Shown one piece after another: positions 8,297 through 17,364 of a stretch of 53,316 nt of DNA. Position 1 is the stretch's first letter, and the number at the start of each line of letters is the position of its first letter. The notes under the pieces were generated by a model, which worked only from the letters and a program-made list of their open reading frames with translations, did no database searches and had not been told where the DNA came from. The stretch covers positions 1 to 53,316 of the forward strand of contig JBBSYC010000010.1 of the NCBI GenBank assembly GCA_038045445.1. The letters are read 5' to 3'. Source of the stretch: Nanobdellota archaeon (lineage in GTDB: Archaea > Nanobdellota > Nanobdellia > Pacearchaeales > GW2011-AR1). Position numbers and translations under genes: made by a program.

Positions 8297-9079
8297 TTAA
8301 CCTAGTTCGGCATCAATTATTTGTCTAAATACTGAATAAGGTTGCGCACCGCTAATTAATTGGTAGTCATTGTCTTCACTTCCAACAAAGAATCCTGGAG
8401 TACCCTGGATTCCTATGCTTGCCCCATATGCAAAATCTGCATCAATATCAGATTCAAATTTTGTAGAATCTAAGCAACTATCAATATTATAGCCGAGCTC
8501 TTTAGCCCATCCTTTTACAACACTGTCCCCTGGGTAAGGAACTGTAGATTTAACCGTTCCGCCTTCCTGTGCATTCTGTTCATCAACAATCTTATCTCTC
8601 ATCTTAAAGAAAGCTTCATCTCCTCCTATATCTCTTGCACAGCGACTAGCCTTTGCGTAAGGAACAGCTCCTTCATGGAATGAAAGAGGAAAGTCCTTAT
8701 AGACTAGTTTGACTAATCCAGTATCAATATAATCTTTCTTTAATTGAGGATATGTTTCAGTTTTCCATTTTCTACAGAAAGGGCATTGAGCATCCGAAAA
8801 TTCGACAATTGTGACTGGTGCATCTTCACTTCCAAGTGCGGGTGAATTTCCAATATCCACTTCAACACGACCTCCAGTTGGAGGAAGTTGCTGTCCTGGT
8901 TGTTGAACAACATTCCCAGTTGGACTCTTTCCAGGCAAAACAAAGAACACAACTCCAAGAATGACTATACCCAACAAAATAAATGTTGAGTATTTCCAAA
9001 GAGTATCCTTTTTTATAGTAATAGTATCATTTTTTTGTGTTTCCATATCAAAACCCCCTTTCAGTTTCTTATTTTCCAT
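8297..9079 (-). CDS. Membrane-anchored DsbA/BdbD-like thiol-disulfide oxidoreductase
   Basis: G..DAPVTIVEFSD.QCPFC, DFPL..H, GI.GTP, GAQPY motifs. Confidence 0.92.
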   Translation of the reverse strand: MENKKLKGGFDMETQKNDTITIKKDTLWKYSTFILLGIVILGVVFFVLPGKSPTGNVVQQPGQQLPPTGGRVEVDIGNSPALGSEDAPVTIVEFSDAQCPFCRKWKTETYPQLKKDYIDTGLVKLVYKDFPLSFHEGAVPYAKASRCARDIGGDEAFFKMRDKIVDEQNAQEGGTVKSTVPYPGDSVVKGWAKELGYNIDSCLDSTKFESDIDADFAYGASIGIQGTPGFFVGSEDNDYQLISGAQPYSVFRQIIDAELG

Positions 9080-9121
9080 GAAAAAAATAACTTATGAGGT
9101 TTAATAAAGGTTTTCATGACT

Positions 9122-9433
9122 TCAAAAAAGAAGATCTTCGGAAGGACATATTCCAATGAGTGAAGCTCCATCAAAAAAGCCAACAAAAGTCCTGCCCTCA
9201 AGACTTACAGGATCAGATACTCTCGAACCATTCAAAAAATCTGTAATATAACCTTCCCTTTGAATAAAAAATTGGTAATGGTCTAATTCACTCTCACCCC
9301 TTAGATCAAGATATAATTCTTTGTCACCACTTACATCTTGCATTTTACAATGGACAACCATTAAATTTCTTCTGGGATCTTTTGGATCAACTCCGTTTAA
9401 GGGCAATGTCTTTTCAATACCATAAAGAGTCAT
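9122..9433 (-). CDS. Hypothetical protein
   Basis: ORF fills the gap in a co-directional run. Confidence 0.5.
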   Translation of the reverse strand: MTLYGIEKTLPLNGVDPKDPRRNLMVVHCKMQDVSGDKELYLDLRGESELDHYQFFIQREGYITDFLNGSRVSDPVSLEGRTFVGFFDGASLIGICPSEDLLF

Positions 9434-9458
9434 TAATACAAAAATAATTAAATTTTAT

Positions 9459-9983
9459 TTAAGCATTTATATTGCAGAGATTACTATTTATTTTTCGGGC
9501 AATGCTCCAGTTTGCGTAAGCAAGAAGCAAAAAAGATATCACCGAAATCTCTATACCCTCAAAAGGAAGAGCAATCAAAAAACCCCCCAATCCAAACAAA
9601 GAAGCGAGACCTAATCCACAAGCAGCGCATCCAGGTGCTAAAATTCCCGCAAATACTCCCAGAACACCAAAGAAAGAAAACTTCTCAAATTTCTTAATCT
9701 GCCCAGTTTTGTATATTGCCAGAGCTATGTAAGTTCCAAAAAGCAAAGCCAAGACGATAATTGTATAATAAGATAAAGGAGTCATTGTACTTGAAAAACC
9801 AATAAAATAATTGAAAGCAAGTCTTATTGAAAAAAGAAACCCATATTCTCCAAATAAGTTTCTCAAATTAGAAAAATCAGATATAACTACATTTAATAAA
9901 TAAAAAATAAAGGCTCCAAAGAAAGTTAAAAACCAATAAAATGGTTTGGAAAAAACTTCAAGAAATCCTTTGGCAAATTTCAT
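9459..9983 (-). CDS. Membrane protein with a CAAC motif
   Basis: KPFY N-terminus and GCAACG...LPFEGIEI; similar to 38664..39113. Confidence 0.75.
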   Translation of the reverse strand: MKFAKGFLEVFSKPFYWFLTFFGAFIFYLLNVVISDFSNLRNLFGEYGFLFSIRLAFNYFIGFSSTMTPLSYYTIIVLALLFGTYIALAIYKTGQIKKFEKFSFFGVLGVFAGILAPGCAACGLGLASLFGLGGFLIALPFEGIEISVISFLLLAYANWSIARKINSNLCNINA

Positions 9984-10204
9984 CTTAATCTTATCCTCTT
10001 TATTCCAGTAAGTATCAAAAGAAATGAAATCAAAAAGTATAAAACAAGAACAAAAAAGTTATGAAAAATCAAAACCCCTAATAAACTGTCTTCAACAGCA
10101 TAATTAGAACCATAATCCGAATCAAATCTAATAAAATAACTAGTTACTAGCAAAATTAAAATAAAAATCCCTAAAAAAAACCTTTTTCCATTAGCTATAT
10201 TCAT
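9980..10204 (-). CDS. Small two-TM membrane protein
   Basis: Two hydrophobic helices; ATGA overlap with the downstream gene. Confidence 0.6.
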   Translation of the reverse strand: MNIANGKRFFLGIFILILLVTSYFIRFDSDYGSNYAVEDSLLGVLIFHNFFVLVLYFLISFLLILTGIKRIRLR

Positions 10205-10247
10205 AAATAAAAAAATAAGCAATAGTTTTTATTACTTTGCTACAACC

Positions 10248-10739
10248 TTACCAACCATAACTATAATATCTAGCGCCGGAATAACCATAACCATACCCAC
10301 CATAATTGTAACGTCTTCTTTCTTCCAAAGCAATTCTCTTAAGTTCAAGTTGATATTCATACTTTGAGTTTTGTTGATAAGTTCTAAATGCCTCTTTCAA
10401 AACAGCGTCTTGGTCTATATTGTCATAAGAATTATCTTTATAGTAAGGCATATCTCCATAATATCCATAGGAATTCTTGCATCTCCTTCCATTATAAGAC
10501 CAGTCATAATAACCTTGACTTTTACAATAAGTATAACCCCTTCCCCTATATTTTGTATCTGTATCTGTGAAATCTATTCTGAAACCATCATTTCCCCCAT
10601 TTATATTCTCCCTATAAGAAAAGCTATCTCTATCAGTGTAAGTGTAAGAGTTATAAGAATAAGCATCAACGGTATAAGCAGAAAGAATAAAAAAAGATAA
10701 AGCAAACAAAACAAATGTCCCTTTAAAGTAGTTTCTCAT
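10248..10739 (-). CDS. Secreted Tyr/Gly-rich protein
   Basis: Signal-like N-terminus (VDA^YS); low-complexity YG/YY tracts. Confidence 0.7.
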   Translation of the reverse strand: MRNYFKGTFVLFALSFFILSAYTVDAYSYNSYTYTDRDSFSYRENINGGNDGFRIDFTDTDTKYRGRGYTYCKSQGYYDWSYNGRRCKNSYGYYGDMPYYKDNSYDNIDQDAVLKEAFRTYQQNSKYEYQLELKRIALEERRRYNYGGYGYGYSGARYYSYGW

Positions 10740-10869
10740 AAAAACAATAGTTCGTTTAATTATTTAAACCTTTTGGCCTGGAAAATCTCGAAAACCCTGA
10801 TAATTTCTTGGAAAAATATACTCTTGACTATCAAAACCCCCTGAATTCATAAGAGACTCAATAAAAAGC

Positions 10870-11004
10870 TCATACGCACTCAAACCCCATGCCATATCTT
10901 CCCTCTCTTTGAGCCGGAGTCATAAGAAGAAGGTCCTCAAAGTAACTAATACTTCTAACCGTATAGTTCTTATCCTTTCTAACAATTTCAGATCTACTTT
11001 CCAT
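10870..11004 (-). CDS. Putative 44-aa protein
   Basis: ATG 11004 is 21 nt from TATATAAA (11026-11033), mirroring the msrB ATG on the other side. Confidence 0.4.
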   Translation of the reverse strand: MESRSEIVRKDKNYTVRSISYFEDLLLMTPAQREGRYGMGFECV

Positions 11005-11054
11005 AGAGATACTCAAAAAGAACCATATATAAATCCTTTTCACTAACAACAAAC

Positions 11055-11429
11055 ATGGAAAACAAAGACTGGAAGTCAAAGCTGACAAAAGAGCAATATC
11101 ACATTCTAAGAGAAAAAGGAACAGAAAGACCATTTACAGGAAAATTTTATAACTCTAAGGAAAAGGGGAAGTATGTCTGTGCAGGTTGTGGGGCAGAGCT
11201 ATTTGATTCAAACGTAAAATTCGATTCTGGAACTGGATGGCCGTCCTTCTACGATGCAAAAAGGGGAGCTGTAAAATTCGTAGAAGACAATAATTTAGGA
11301 ATGCAAAGAACAGAAGTAGTTTGTGCGAAATGCGGAAGCCATTTAGGCCATGTCTTCAACGATGGTCCAAAAGAAAAAACAGGAAAAAGGTTCTGTATAA
11401 ATTCATGTTCTTTAGACTTTAAAAAGTGA
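11055..11429 (+). CDS. msrB: Peptide-methionine (R)-S-oxide reductase
   Basis: GTERPF, Cxx[27 protein letters not shown] motifs. Confidence 0.97.
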   Translation: MENKDWKSKLTKEQYHILREKGTERPFTGKFYNSKEKGKYVCAGCGAELFDSNVKFDSGTGWPSFYDAKRGAVKFVEDNNLGMQRTEVVCAKCGSHLGHVFNDGPKEKTGKRFCINSCSLDFKK

Positions 11430-11466
11430 CCGAGACATTTAAATAGTCATAAAATTAATATATAGT

Positions 11467-12099
11467 ATGTCCGATATAATAAAAGCTCTAAACTGGAGAT
11501 ATGCCACAAAATCCTTTGATTCTTCAAAAACTCTTAGTGAAAATGATTTGAATGAACTACTTGAAGCAGTTAGATTAACTCCTTCTTCTTTTGGTCTTCA
11601 ACCTTGGAAGTTTATAATAGTAGAAGACAAGGAACTTCGTAAAAAAATTGCAGGTAGTGCGTGGAATCAACCCCAAGTTACTGAAGCATCTAATCTTCTA
11701 GTCTTGTGTGCAAAGACAGATGTTTCTGAAGATTATATAAAAGAGTTCATAAAAGATACAGCTAAAATAAGAAATATCTCCATAGAATCTCTTAAGGGAT
11801 ACGAAGATATGATGATAAACTTCAGAAAGGGACTAAGTCAAACTCAAACAGCTGATTGGTGTAAAAGACAGGTTTACATTTCATTGGGAATTCTTTTACA
11901 AAGTGCTTCCTTGAAAAGAATAGATGCATCTCCTATGGAAGGTTTTGACCCAAAGGGAGTTGACGAGATACTTAATCTGAAAGAACAAGGTCTTACATCA
12001 ACAGTTCTTTGTGCATTAGGCTACAGGTCAGAAAATGACAAAACATCTAATTATGCAAAAGTAAGATATTCAAGCTCTAAGATAATAGAAAAAAGATGA
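11467..12099 (+). CDS. NAD(P)H nitroreductase (NfsB-like)
   Basis: WRYATK.FD, PSSFGLQPW, PMEGFD, LGYR, KVR motifs. Confidence 0.92.
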   Translation: MSDIIKALNWRYATKSFDSSKTLSENDLNELLEAVRLTPSSFGLQPWKFIIVEDKELRKKIAGSAWNQPQVTEASNLLVLCAKTDVSEDYIKEFIKDTAKIRNISIESLKGYEDMMINFRKGLSQTQTADWCKRQVYISLGILLQSASLKRIDASPMEGFDPKGVDEILNLKEQGLTSTVLCALGYRSENDKTSNYAKVRYSSSKIIEKR

Positions 12100-12128
12100 T
12101 TTATATAGTATAAAAAATTAAAGCATAG

Positions 12129-13061
12129 ATGCTAGGAAAAGCGGGATTTTTTAAAGCAATAACTATAATTTTTCTCTTCATAGCCATAGGCTTCTGTGCA
12201 TACTATATCTATCAAAACTTTCCGAGAGAAGCAATCCAGTTAAAAACAATTCAAATAAAAGAACCTTCAATAAATAACAGCATCCCAAGTAAACAATTTT
12301 ATGACAACATGAGATATCAAGACAGAATAATAAATTATAACATAGCTGAATCTTGCGCTGAAAACAAAAAAAGTTTAATGGAAGAAGCATTTAGAATAAT
12401 AGAATCAAAAACAATACTTTCTTTTAAAACTGTATCAAAACCAAATTCCGTGCTAAATATCCTTTGCGCAGATATAGCTCCTGAAGCTGGTGAAGAGAAT
12501 CATTTCGTTGCAGGGGAAGGAGGTCCTTCAAAAGTCTTGAATGTTACGCTATACTCTGTAATTCTTGAAGGCAAAATTGCATTGTATAGGGAAGGTTCCT
12601 GCAACAATGCAAATGTACCCCTACACGAACTTCTTCATGCGCTGGGTTTTGACCACAATAACAATAAAAAAAGCATACTCTACCCCATATTAGAATGTGA
12701 TCAAGAAATAGATGAAGAAATAATTAACAGCATAAATAAACTTTACAAAATAGATTCACTTCCAGAACTAAAATTTGACGCCGTAAGTGCAACAAAAAGT
12801 GGAAGATACCTAAACTTTCATATGGAAGTATCAAACCAAGGATTAATTCAAGCAGATAATGTAATAGTTAATCTTTATGCAGAAGAAAATTTTGTAGAAT
12901 CATTCGACTTAAAAACAATAGGTATTGGTGCAAAGAAAATAATAGATGTAGAAAATCTAAAAGTTCCACTGGGTGCAAAATCAATAAAACTTGTCATAGA
13001 TAATGATGATGAAATAAGAGAGATATATGAAGATAATAATGAAATTGTGTTAAATACTTAA
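12129..13061 (+). CDS. Membrane-anchored metzincin-type zinc protease with a C-terminal CARDB/Ig-like domain
   Basis: HELLHALGFDH; C-terminal V.N.G...ID....I.E..E.NN pattern. Confidence 0.85.
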   Translation: MLGKAGFFKAITIIFLFIAIGFCAYYIYQNFPREAIQLKTIQIKEPSINNSIPSKQFYDNMRYQDRIINYNIAESCAENKKSLMEEAFRIIESKTILSFKTVSKPNSVLNILCADIAPEAGEENHFVAGEGGPSKVLNVTLYSVILEGKIALYREGSCNNANVPLHELLHALGFDHNNNKKSILYPILECDQEIDEEIINSINKLYKIDSLPELKFDAVSATKSGRYLNFHMEVSNQGLIQADNVIVNLYAEENFVESFDLKTIGIGAKKIIDVENLKVPLGAKSIKLVIDNDDEIREIYEDNNEIVLNT

Positions 13062-13068
13062 AAAATAG

Positions 13069-13357
13069 ATGCGGGAGCTAGGATTACTTCAACAGCAATG
13101 TTGAAGTTCCAGATGACTTCAGTCAGCTAGGACGTTCGAATCCTTCAATTCAAGAAATGCGGGAGCTAGGATTAATTCAATTTCATTGAAATTGGATTTG
13201 CCAGAGCTTTTCAAAGCTATGAGCACTTCGAATCCTATTAGGTTTGATACGTTAGCTAGGATTCGAACACTTCAATTTGTTCAGTTAAAATTGAAGTCAC
13301 CGATAACATCAGTTAGCGTGTGCTTTCAACTCGTCAGAGTTGTAAAGGTGAGAATCT
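13069..13357. repeat. Tandem array of three structured units, each carrying a copy of the tRNA-Leu 3' end
   Basis: TGCGGGAGCTAGGATT at 13070 and 13158, a variant at 13248, and the tRNA itself at 13361. Each unit has two or three hairpins and ends in an inverted T-arm copy (TTCGAATCCT or GAGAATCT). Confidence 0.9.
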
Positions 13358-13360
13358 AAA

Positions 13361-13444
13361 TGCGGGAGCTAGGATTCGAACCTAGGTAAGCACTAAGCTA
13401 TCACGGCCTTAACGTGACCCATTTGACCACTCTGGCACCCCCGC
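13361..13444 (-). tRNA. tRNA-Leu(AAG)
   Basis: Acceptor GCGGGGG/CTCCCGC, discriminator A, perfect stem TCACG/CGTGA around loop TT-AAG-GC, long variable arm, T-arm CTAGG-TTCGAAT-CCTAG. Confidence 0.93.
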
Positions 13445-13520
13445 ACGAAAGTCTCAAATAAAATCACTTTAAAAGTGTTTGGACAAACGCTTTTATAACC
13501 TAATAAACACAAAACATTCT

Positions 13521-16500
13521 ATGTCAAAGGGTGATCAATCAAGGCTTCAAAGTTTACAAACGAATAGCGTAAAATTCTGGAAACCAAAAGAAACAGTAAT
13601 CCTTCCAGATGACTTCGAAGAATTGATGAATGGAAACACCACGCTAAAAACCTCAAGCAGTTTAAGTTTCTTAAAACAAGAAGAAATTCCTAAAACAGAA
13701 AATATCTTTAAAAGTGCAAACTGGGACCTTAATGATAAAAAAGGGAAAATATCTCCATTAACCTTCTCAAACAAAAAAACTCAAGAAGATGTAGTAAATG
13801 AAATATTAAACTTAATAAAAGAAGGAAATAAGATAATATTTCTTCACGGTGCTTGCGGAACAGGAAAATGCCTGGATAAAGAAACATTAATATTTTGTAA
13901 ACCTTATGGGAAGAAATGCTTTAGTTATTATAAAATATCCGATATTATAGATAAAGAAGGAGATATATTATCTTTAGATGAAAAAGGAAATATTGTTAGT
14001 TCTGAATTTAAAAATGTAAGAGAAACTGGAGTCAAAAAGTTATTCAAAATTAAAACAAGAAGTGGTCGAGAGATAATCGCTTCTGAAAACCATCCATTTT
14101 TAACAATAAACTCCAATGGAGTTTCATGGGAACAGTTAAACAAATTAAATAATAAATCTTATATCTGCCTACCTAATAATATTCATATTGAAAGTTCAGA
14201 AGATTTAAGCGATACTAAATTAAAAATTTTGGGCCATTTAATATCTGAGGGTAAGTTAGGAGACAAAGCAGGATCTCCAAAATATTATCAAGATAAAACA
14301 ATAACTCCATTAATTAGGCAAGATTATATTAATGCCTTAAAACAAGAGTTTCCTGATGGTCAAATAAAAGAGGATCATAAAACTGAAGTTAAAATTAATT
14401 TTAACAATAAAGATACAAGATTTGGAACCACAAATAAGCTAAGATTATTTATAAGAAAATTTGGTCTTGATGGCAAGAAATCAGCAGATAAATTTGTACC
14501 TGAAGAAATATTTAATTTATCTGAAAAAAAGATAGCTATATTTATTCAAGCCCTCTTTTCTGGCGACGGGTCTATTTATTTAAGAAAAAATAAACAAATA
14601 GGGATAGAATACAATTCAATCTCTAAAAGACTCATACAAGATGTATCAATATTACTTATTAGATTTGGTATACAATATACAATAACAGGTCACAAATTTA
14701 AAGAGAATCAAAACTATTCTTGGAGAATTACTATCTCAAATCATGAAAATATAAGAAAATATATAGAAAAAATAGGATTCTTAGGCGAAAAACAAGCATT
14801 AGCTTTATCCATATTATCCAAATGCAAAATTCACAAATTCACAAACATTGACAAAGTACCTAGAATAATTAGAGAATATCTAAAAAACAAAGGATATGAT
14901 TATAATGAGTTAGATCGAATGTTGAATTACGAAGAAATAGAAAAACTGAGGAGATATATTGGTTTTAAAAAAATAAAAAAGAATAAGTTAACTATTACTC
15001 CTCAAGTATTTAGGCAAGGCAAAATAGACTTTTTAAGAAGCCATATAAGAAAAGTTAATGAATATATAAAAGATGATACCTTATCATTGATATGCAACGA
15101 ACAAATATTGTGGGATAAAATAAAATCAATCGAATTATTAAAGGAAGATGTTACTTATGATTTAGAAGTTCCAAAAAGACACAATTTTATTGCAAACGGA
15201 ATAATAGTTCATAATTCAGCAATCGCATTAAACGTCGCCCGTAAATTAGGTAAATCTTCAGTGGTTGTTCCCGTAAAAGCTCTCCAAAAGCAATATGAAG
15301 AGGATTATACTGAAAATAAATTTCTTTATAAACCAAACGGTCAGAAAATGAAAATAGCAGTCTTGACTGGAAGAGAAAACCATGACTCAATAATAAATGA
15401 AGGAATATCCTGCGCAGATCCAGAACTACCAGAAAATATAAAGATAAGTGAAAAAAACTATGCAAAGATTGCAGATTATTTTAGGAATAATCCTTTCGTT
15501 TCGGGTCAAGACATTCCAGACTACAAAAACATAAGAAGGCTATCAATAGCCCCTTCAAACCCTTACTGGAGCCCCATAGTTCCATCAAGCTATGACTTAA
15601 ATCAACTAAAAGATGCAAAAAAGATAAAGTATGAAGGTTGTGATGGCAGAGAATATACGTTTTATCATAGAAAATCAGGATGTTCTTATTATGACCAATA
15701 TATAGCCTATAAAGATGCGGATGTTATAATCTTCAACGGGGCTAAATACAAGGCAGAGTTAGCTCTTGGAAGAAAACCTTCAACAGAAATAGAGATAATA
15801 GATGAAGCAGATGAATTTCTAGACAGCCTATTTCAGCAAGAAGAAATCAATCTTACGAGACTTGGAAACAGCTTATCAACAACAGCACCTGAAACTCCAA
15901 TCGCAAGAGAAACAATAAAAGAAATACTTGAAATAATCGGTTTGGAAGAACAAAACAAAAGAGCTCTAGGGATAGATGAGAATCAGATACATAATCTTGA
16001 CGAATCAAGAATAAAAAAAATATTTAAGTTGTTAATCAAAGACAAAGAGTTAGAATCAGAAATACTTGTAGATGAGAATAATTACGCAAATAAGGCCTTG
16101 GAGTTAGCCAGAAATCTTGAGGAGATGACTGAAGAAGTATATTTAACATACAGAAAAGAAGATGAAAATTTACATATTAAATTAGTAAGCACAAATCTCT
16201 CTCAAAAAATAAGTGAATTATTAGAAAAAAGTAAAGTTCTATTATTAATGTCTGGAACTCTTCATTCTCAATCAGTCATAAAAAATATATTTGGTTTAAA
16301 AGAATTCAAAATAGTTGAAGCTGAAACTCTTAATCAGGGGGGAATAGATATAGTAATGACTGGAAAAGAAAAAGATTGCAGATATTCAAATTTTTCAGAT
16401 GGACAACATTCAAGAAAGGAATATCTAGAAGCACTAAATCTGGCAGTCGAAAAAGCAAAAAAGCCTGTATTGATACATGTTAACGCATTTCAGGACCTTC

Positions 16501-16913
16501 CAAACGAAGATGAGAAATCAATGTACAAAATAGGCAACCTCATAACACAAGAATCATTAATAGAAATGCAAAGAGAAGATAAAACTGGAAAACTGGTAGC
16601 AATATTCAAACAAGGATTAAATGACAAGCTTTTCACTACAAAATGTTCTAGGGGCATAGACTTCCCTGGAAAAATGTGTAACTCAATAATTTTTACAAAA
16701 TATCCAAATCCAAATATTTCGGACACATTTTGGAAAATACTCCAAAAAACACATCCAGATCATTTCTGGGAATTTTACAGAGACAAAGCATATCGTGAGT
16801 TTTTACAAAGAATATATCGAGCAGTTCGTTCAAAAGATGACCACGCATATATTTTATCACCTGATTTAAGAGTAATACAATCAGTAAGAAAACTGCAAAA
16901 CGGACAGGTTTAA
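13521..16913 (+). CDS. SF2 helicase (DinG/Rad3-XPD-like) precursor containing an intein
   Basis: Spliced Walker A GACGTGK|S, DEAD, MSGTL, RGIDFPG, Q.I.R.VRS.DD; ATG 13521 preferred to TTG 13479. Confidence 0.85.
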   Translation: MSKGDQSRLQSLQTNSVKFWKPKETVILPDDFEELMNGNTTLKTSSSLSFLKQEEIPKTENIFKSANWDLNDKKGKISPLTFSNKKTQEDVVNEILNLIKEGNKIIFLHGACGTGKCLDKETLIFCKPYGKKCFSYYKISDIIDKEGDILSLDEKGNIVSSEFKNVRETGVKKLFKIKTRSGREIIASENHPFLTINSNGVSWEQLNKLNNKSYICLPNNIHIESSEDLSDTKLKILGHLISEGKLGDKAGSPKYYQDKTITPLIRQDYINALKQEFPDGQIKEDHKTEVKINFNNKDTRFGTTNKLRLFIRKFGLDGKKSADKFVPEEIFNLSEKKIAIFIQALFSGDGSIYLRKNKQIGIEYNSISKRLIQDVSILLIRFGIQYTITGHKFKENQNYSWRITISNHENIRKYIEKIGFLGEKQALALSILSKCKIHKFTNIDKVPRIIREYLKNKGYDYNELDRMLNYEEIEKLRRYIGFKKIKKNKLTITPQVFRQGKIDFLRSHIRKVNEYIKDDTLSLICNEQILWDKIKSIELLKEDVTYDLEVPKRHNFIANGIIVHNSAIALNVARKLGKSSVVVPVKALQKQYEEDYTENKFLYKPNGQKMKIAVLTGRENHDSIINEGISCADPELPENIKISEKNYAKIADYFRNNPFVSGQDIPDYKNIRRLSIAPSNPYWSPIVPSSYDLNQLKDAKKIKYEGCDGREYTFYHRKSGCSYYDQYIAYKDADVIIFNGAKYKAELALGRKPSTEIEIIDEADEFLDSLFQQEEINLTRLGNSLSTTAPETPIARETIKEILEIIGLEEQNKRALGIDENQIHNLDESRIKKIFKLLIKDKELESEILVDENNYANKALELARNLEEMTEEVYLTYRKEDENLHIKLVSTNLSQKISELLEKSKVLLLMSGTLHSQSVIKNIFGLKEFKIVEAETLNQGGIDIVMTGKEKDCRYSNFSDGQHSRKEYLEALNLAVEKAKKPVLIHVNAFQDLPNEDEKSMYKIGNLITQESLIEMQREDKTGKLVAIFKQGLNDKLFTTKCSRGIDFPGKMCNSIIFTKYPNPNISDTFWKILQKTHPDHFWEFYRDKAYREFLQRIYRAVRSKDDHAYILSPDLRVIQSVRKLQNGQV
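13869..15215 (+). mobile_element. Intein with LAGLIDADG homing endonuclease (449 aa)
   Basis: Begins CLDKET; block B ASENHPFL; LGHLISEG and ALFSGDG motifs; ends YDLEVP..HNFIANGIIVHN with Ser at +1. Confidence 0.95.
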
Positions 16914-16937
16914 TAAAGAAATAAACTCCCAACAAAC

Positions 16938-17342
16938 ATGGTATTTAGAAGAAGAAGAGGTGTTGCAATTGTAGAAACAAATGAGGGAATTTTAGTTGTA
17001 GCAACTAAAAGAAAATGGTTCATTTTACCAGGCGGAGGAGCAGAAAAGTGGGAAAGTAGAAAAAAAGCTACAATAAGAGAATTATATGAAGAAACAGGTT
17101 TGAAAACCAAAAACCTGACTTATTTATTCAGTCACAAAGGAAAAGTACATAATTTTAAAGGAAGAAATGTCATAAATTATTCAAAAGTATTTCTTGTTAA
17201 ATCTGAAGGTAACCCAAAACCTAACAATGAAATAGAACATATAGATTTCTGGAGAGAAGGAAAGAAAATAAATATATCAGAAAGCACAAAAGATATAATT
17301 AATCAGTATCTTTCATCAAAATTACAACACGAACAAGTTTAA
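16938..17342 (+). CDS. NUDIX hydrolase
   Basis: Nudix box GGGAEKWESRKKATIRELYEETGL. Confidence 0.92.
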   Translation: MVFRRRRGVAIVETNEGILVVATKRKWFILPGGGAEKWESRKKATIRELYEETGLKTKNLTYLFSHKGKVHNFKGRNVINYSKVFLVKSEGNPKPNNEIEHIDFWREGKKINISESTKDIINQYLSSKLQHEQV

Positions 17343-17364
17343 TAAAACAAAAAACTTCTAAGAG

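Noticed and set aside
13108-13322. Hammerhead ribozyme in the array units
   Set aside because: The minus strand has CTGAAGT and CTGATGT rather than CUGANGA, these lie inside hairpins, and unit 2 lacks the motif.
13069-13380. CRISPR array interpretation of the repeats
   Set aside because: The repeat is the tRNA 3' end, the 'spacers' are related to each other, structured and too long (about 70-95 bp), and no cas genes are nearby.
13401-13417. Reading the tRNA-Leu anticodon as TAA
   Set aside because: That register destroys the 5-bp anticodon stem.
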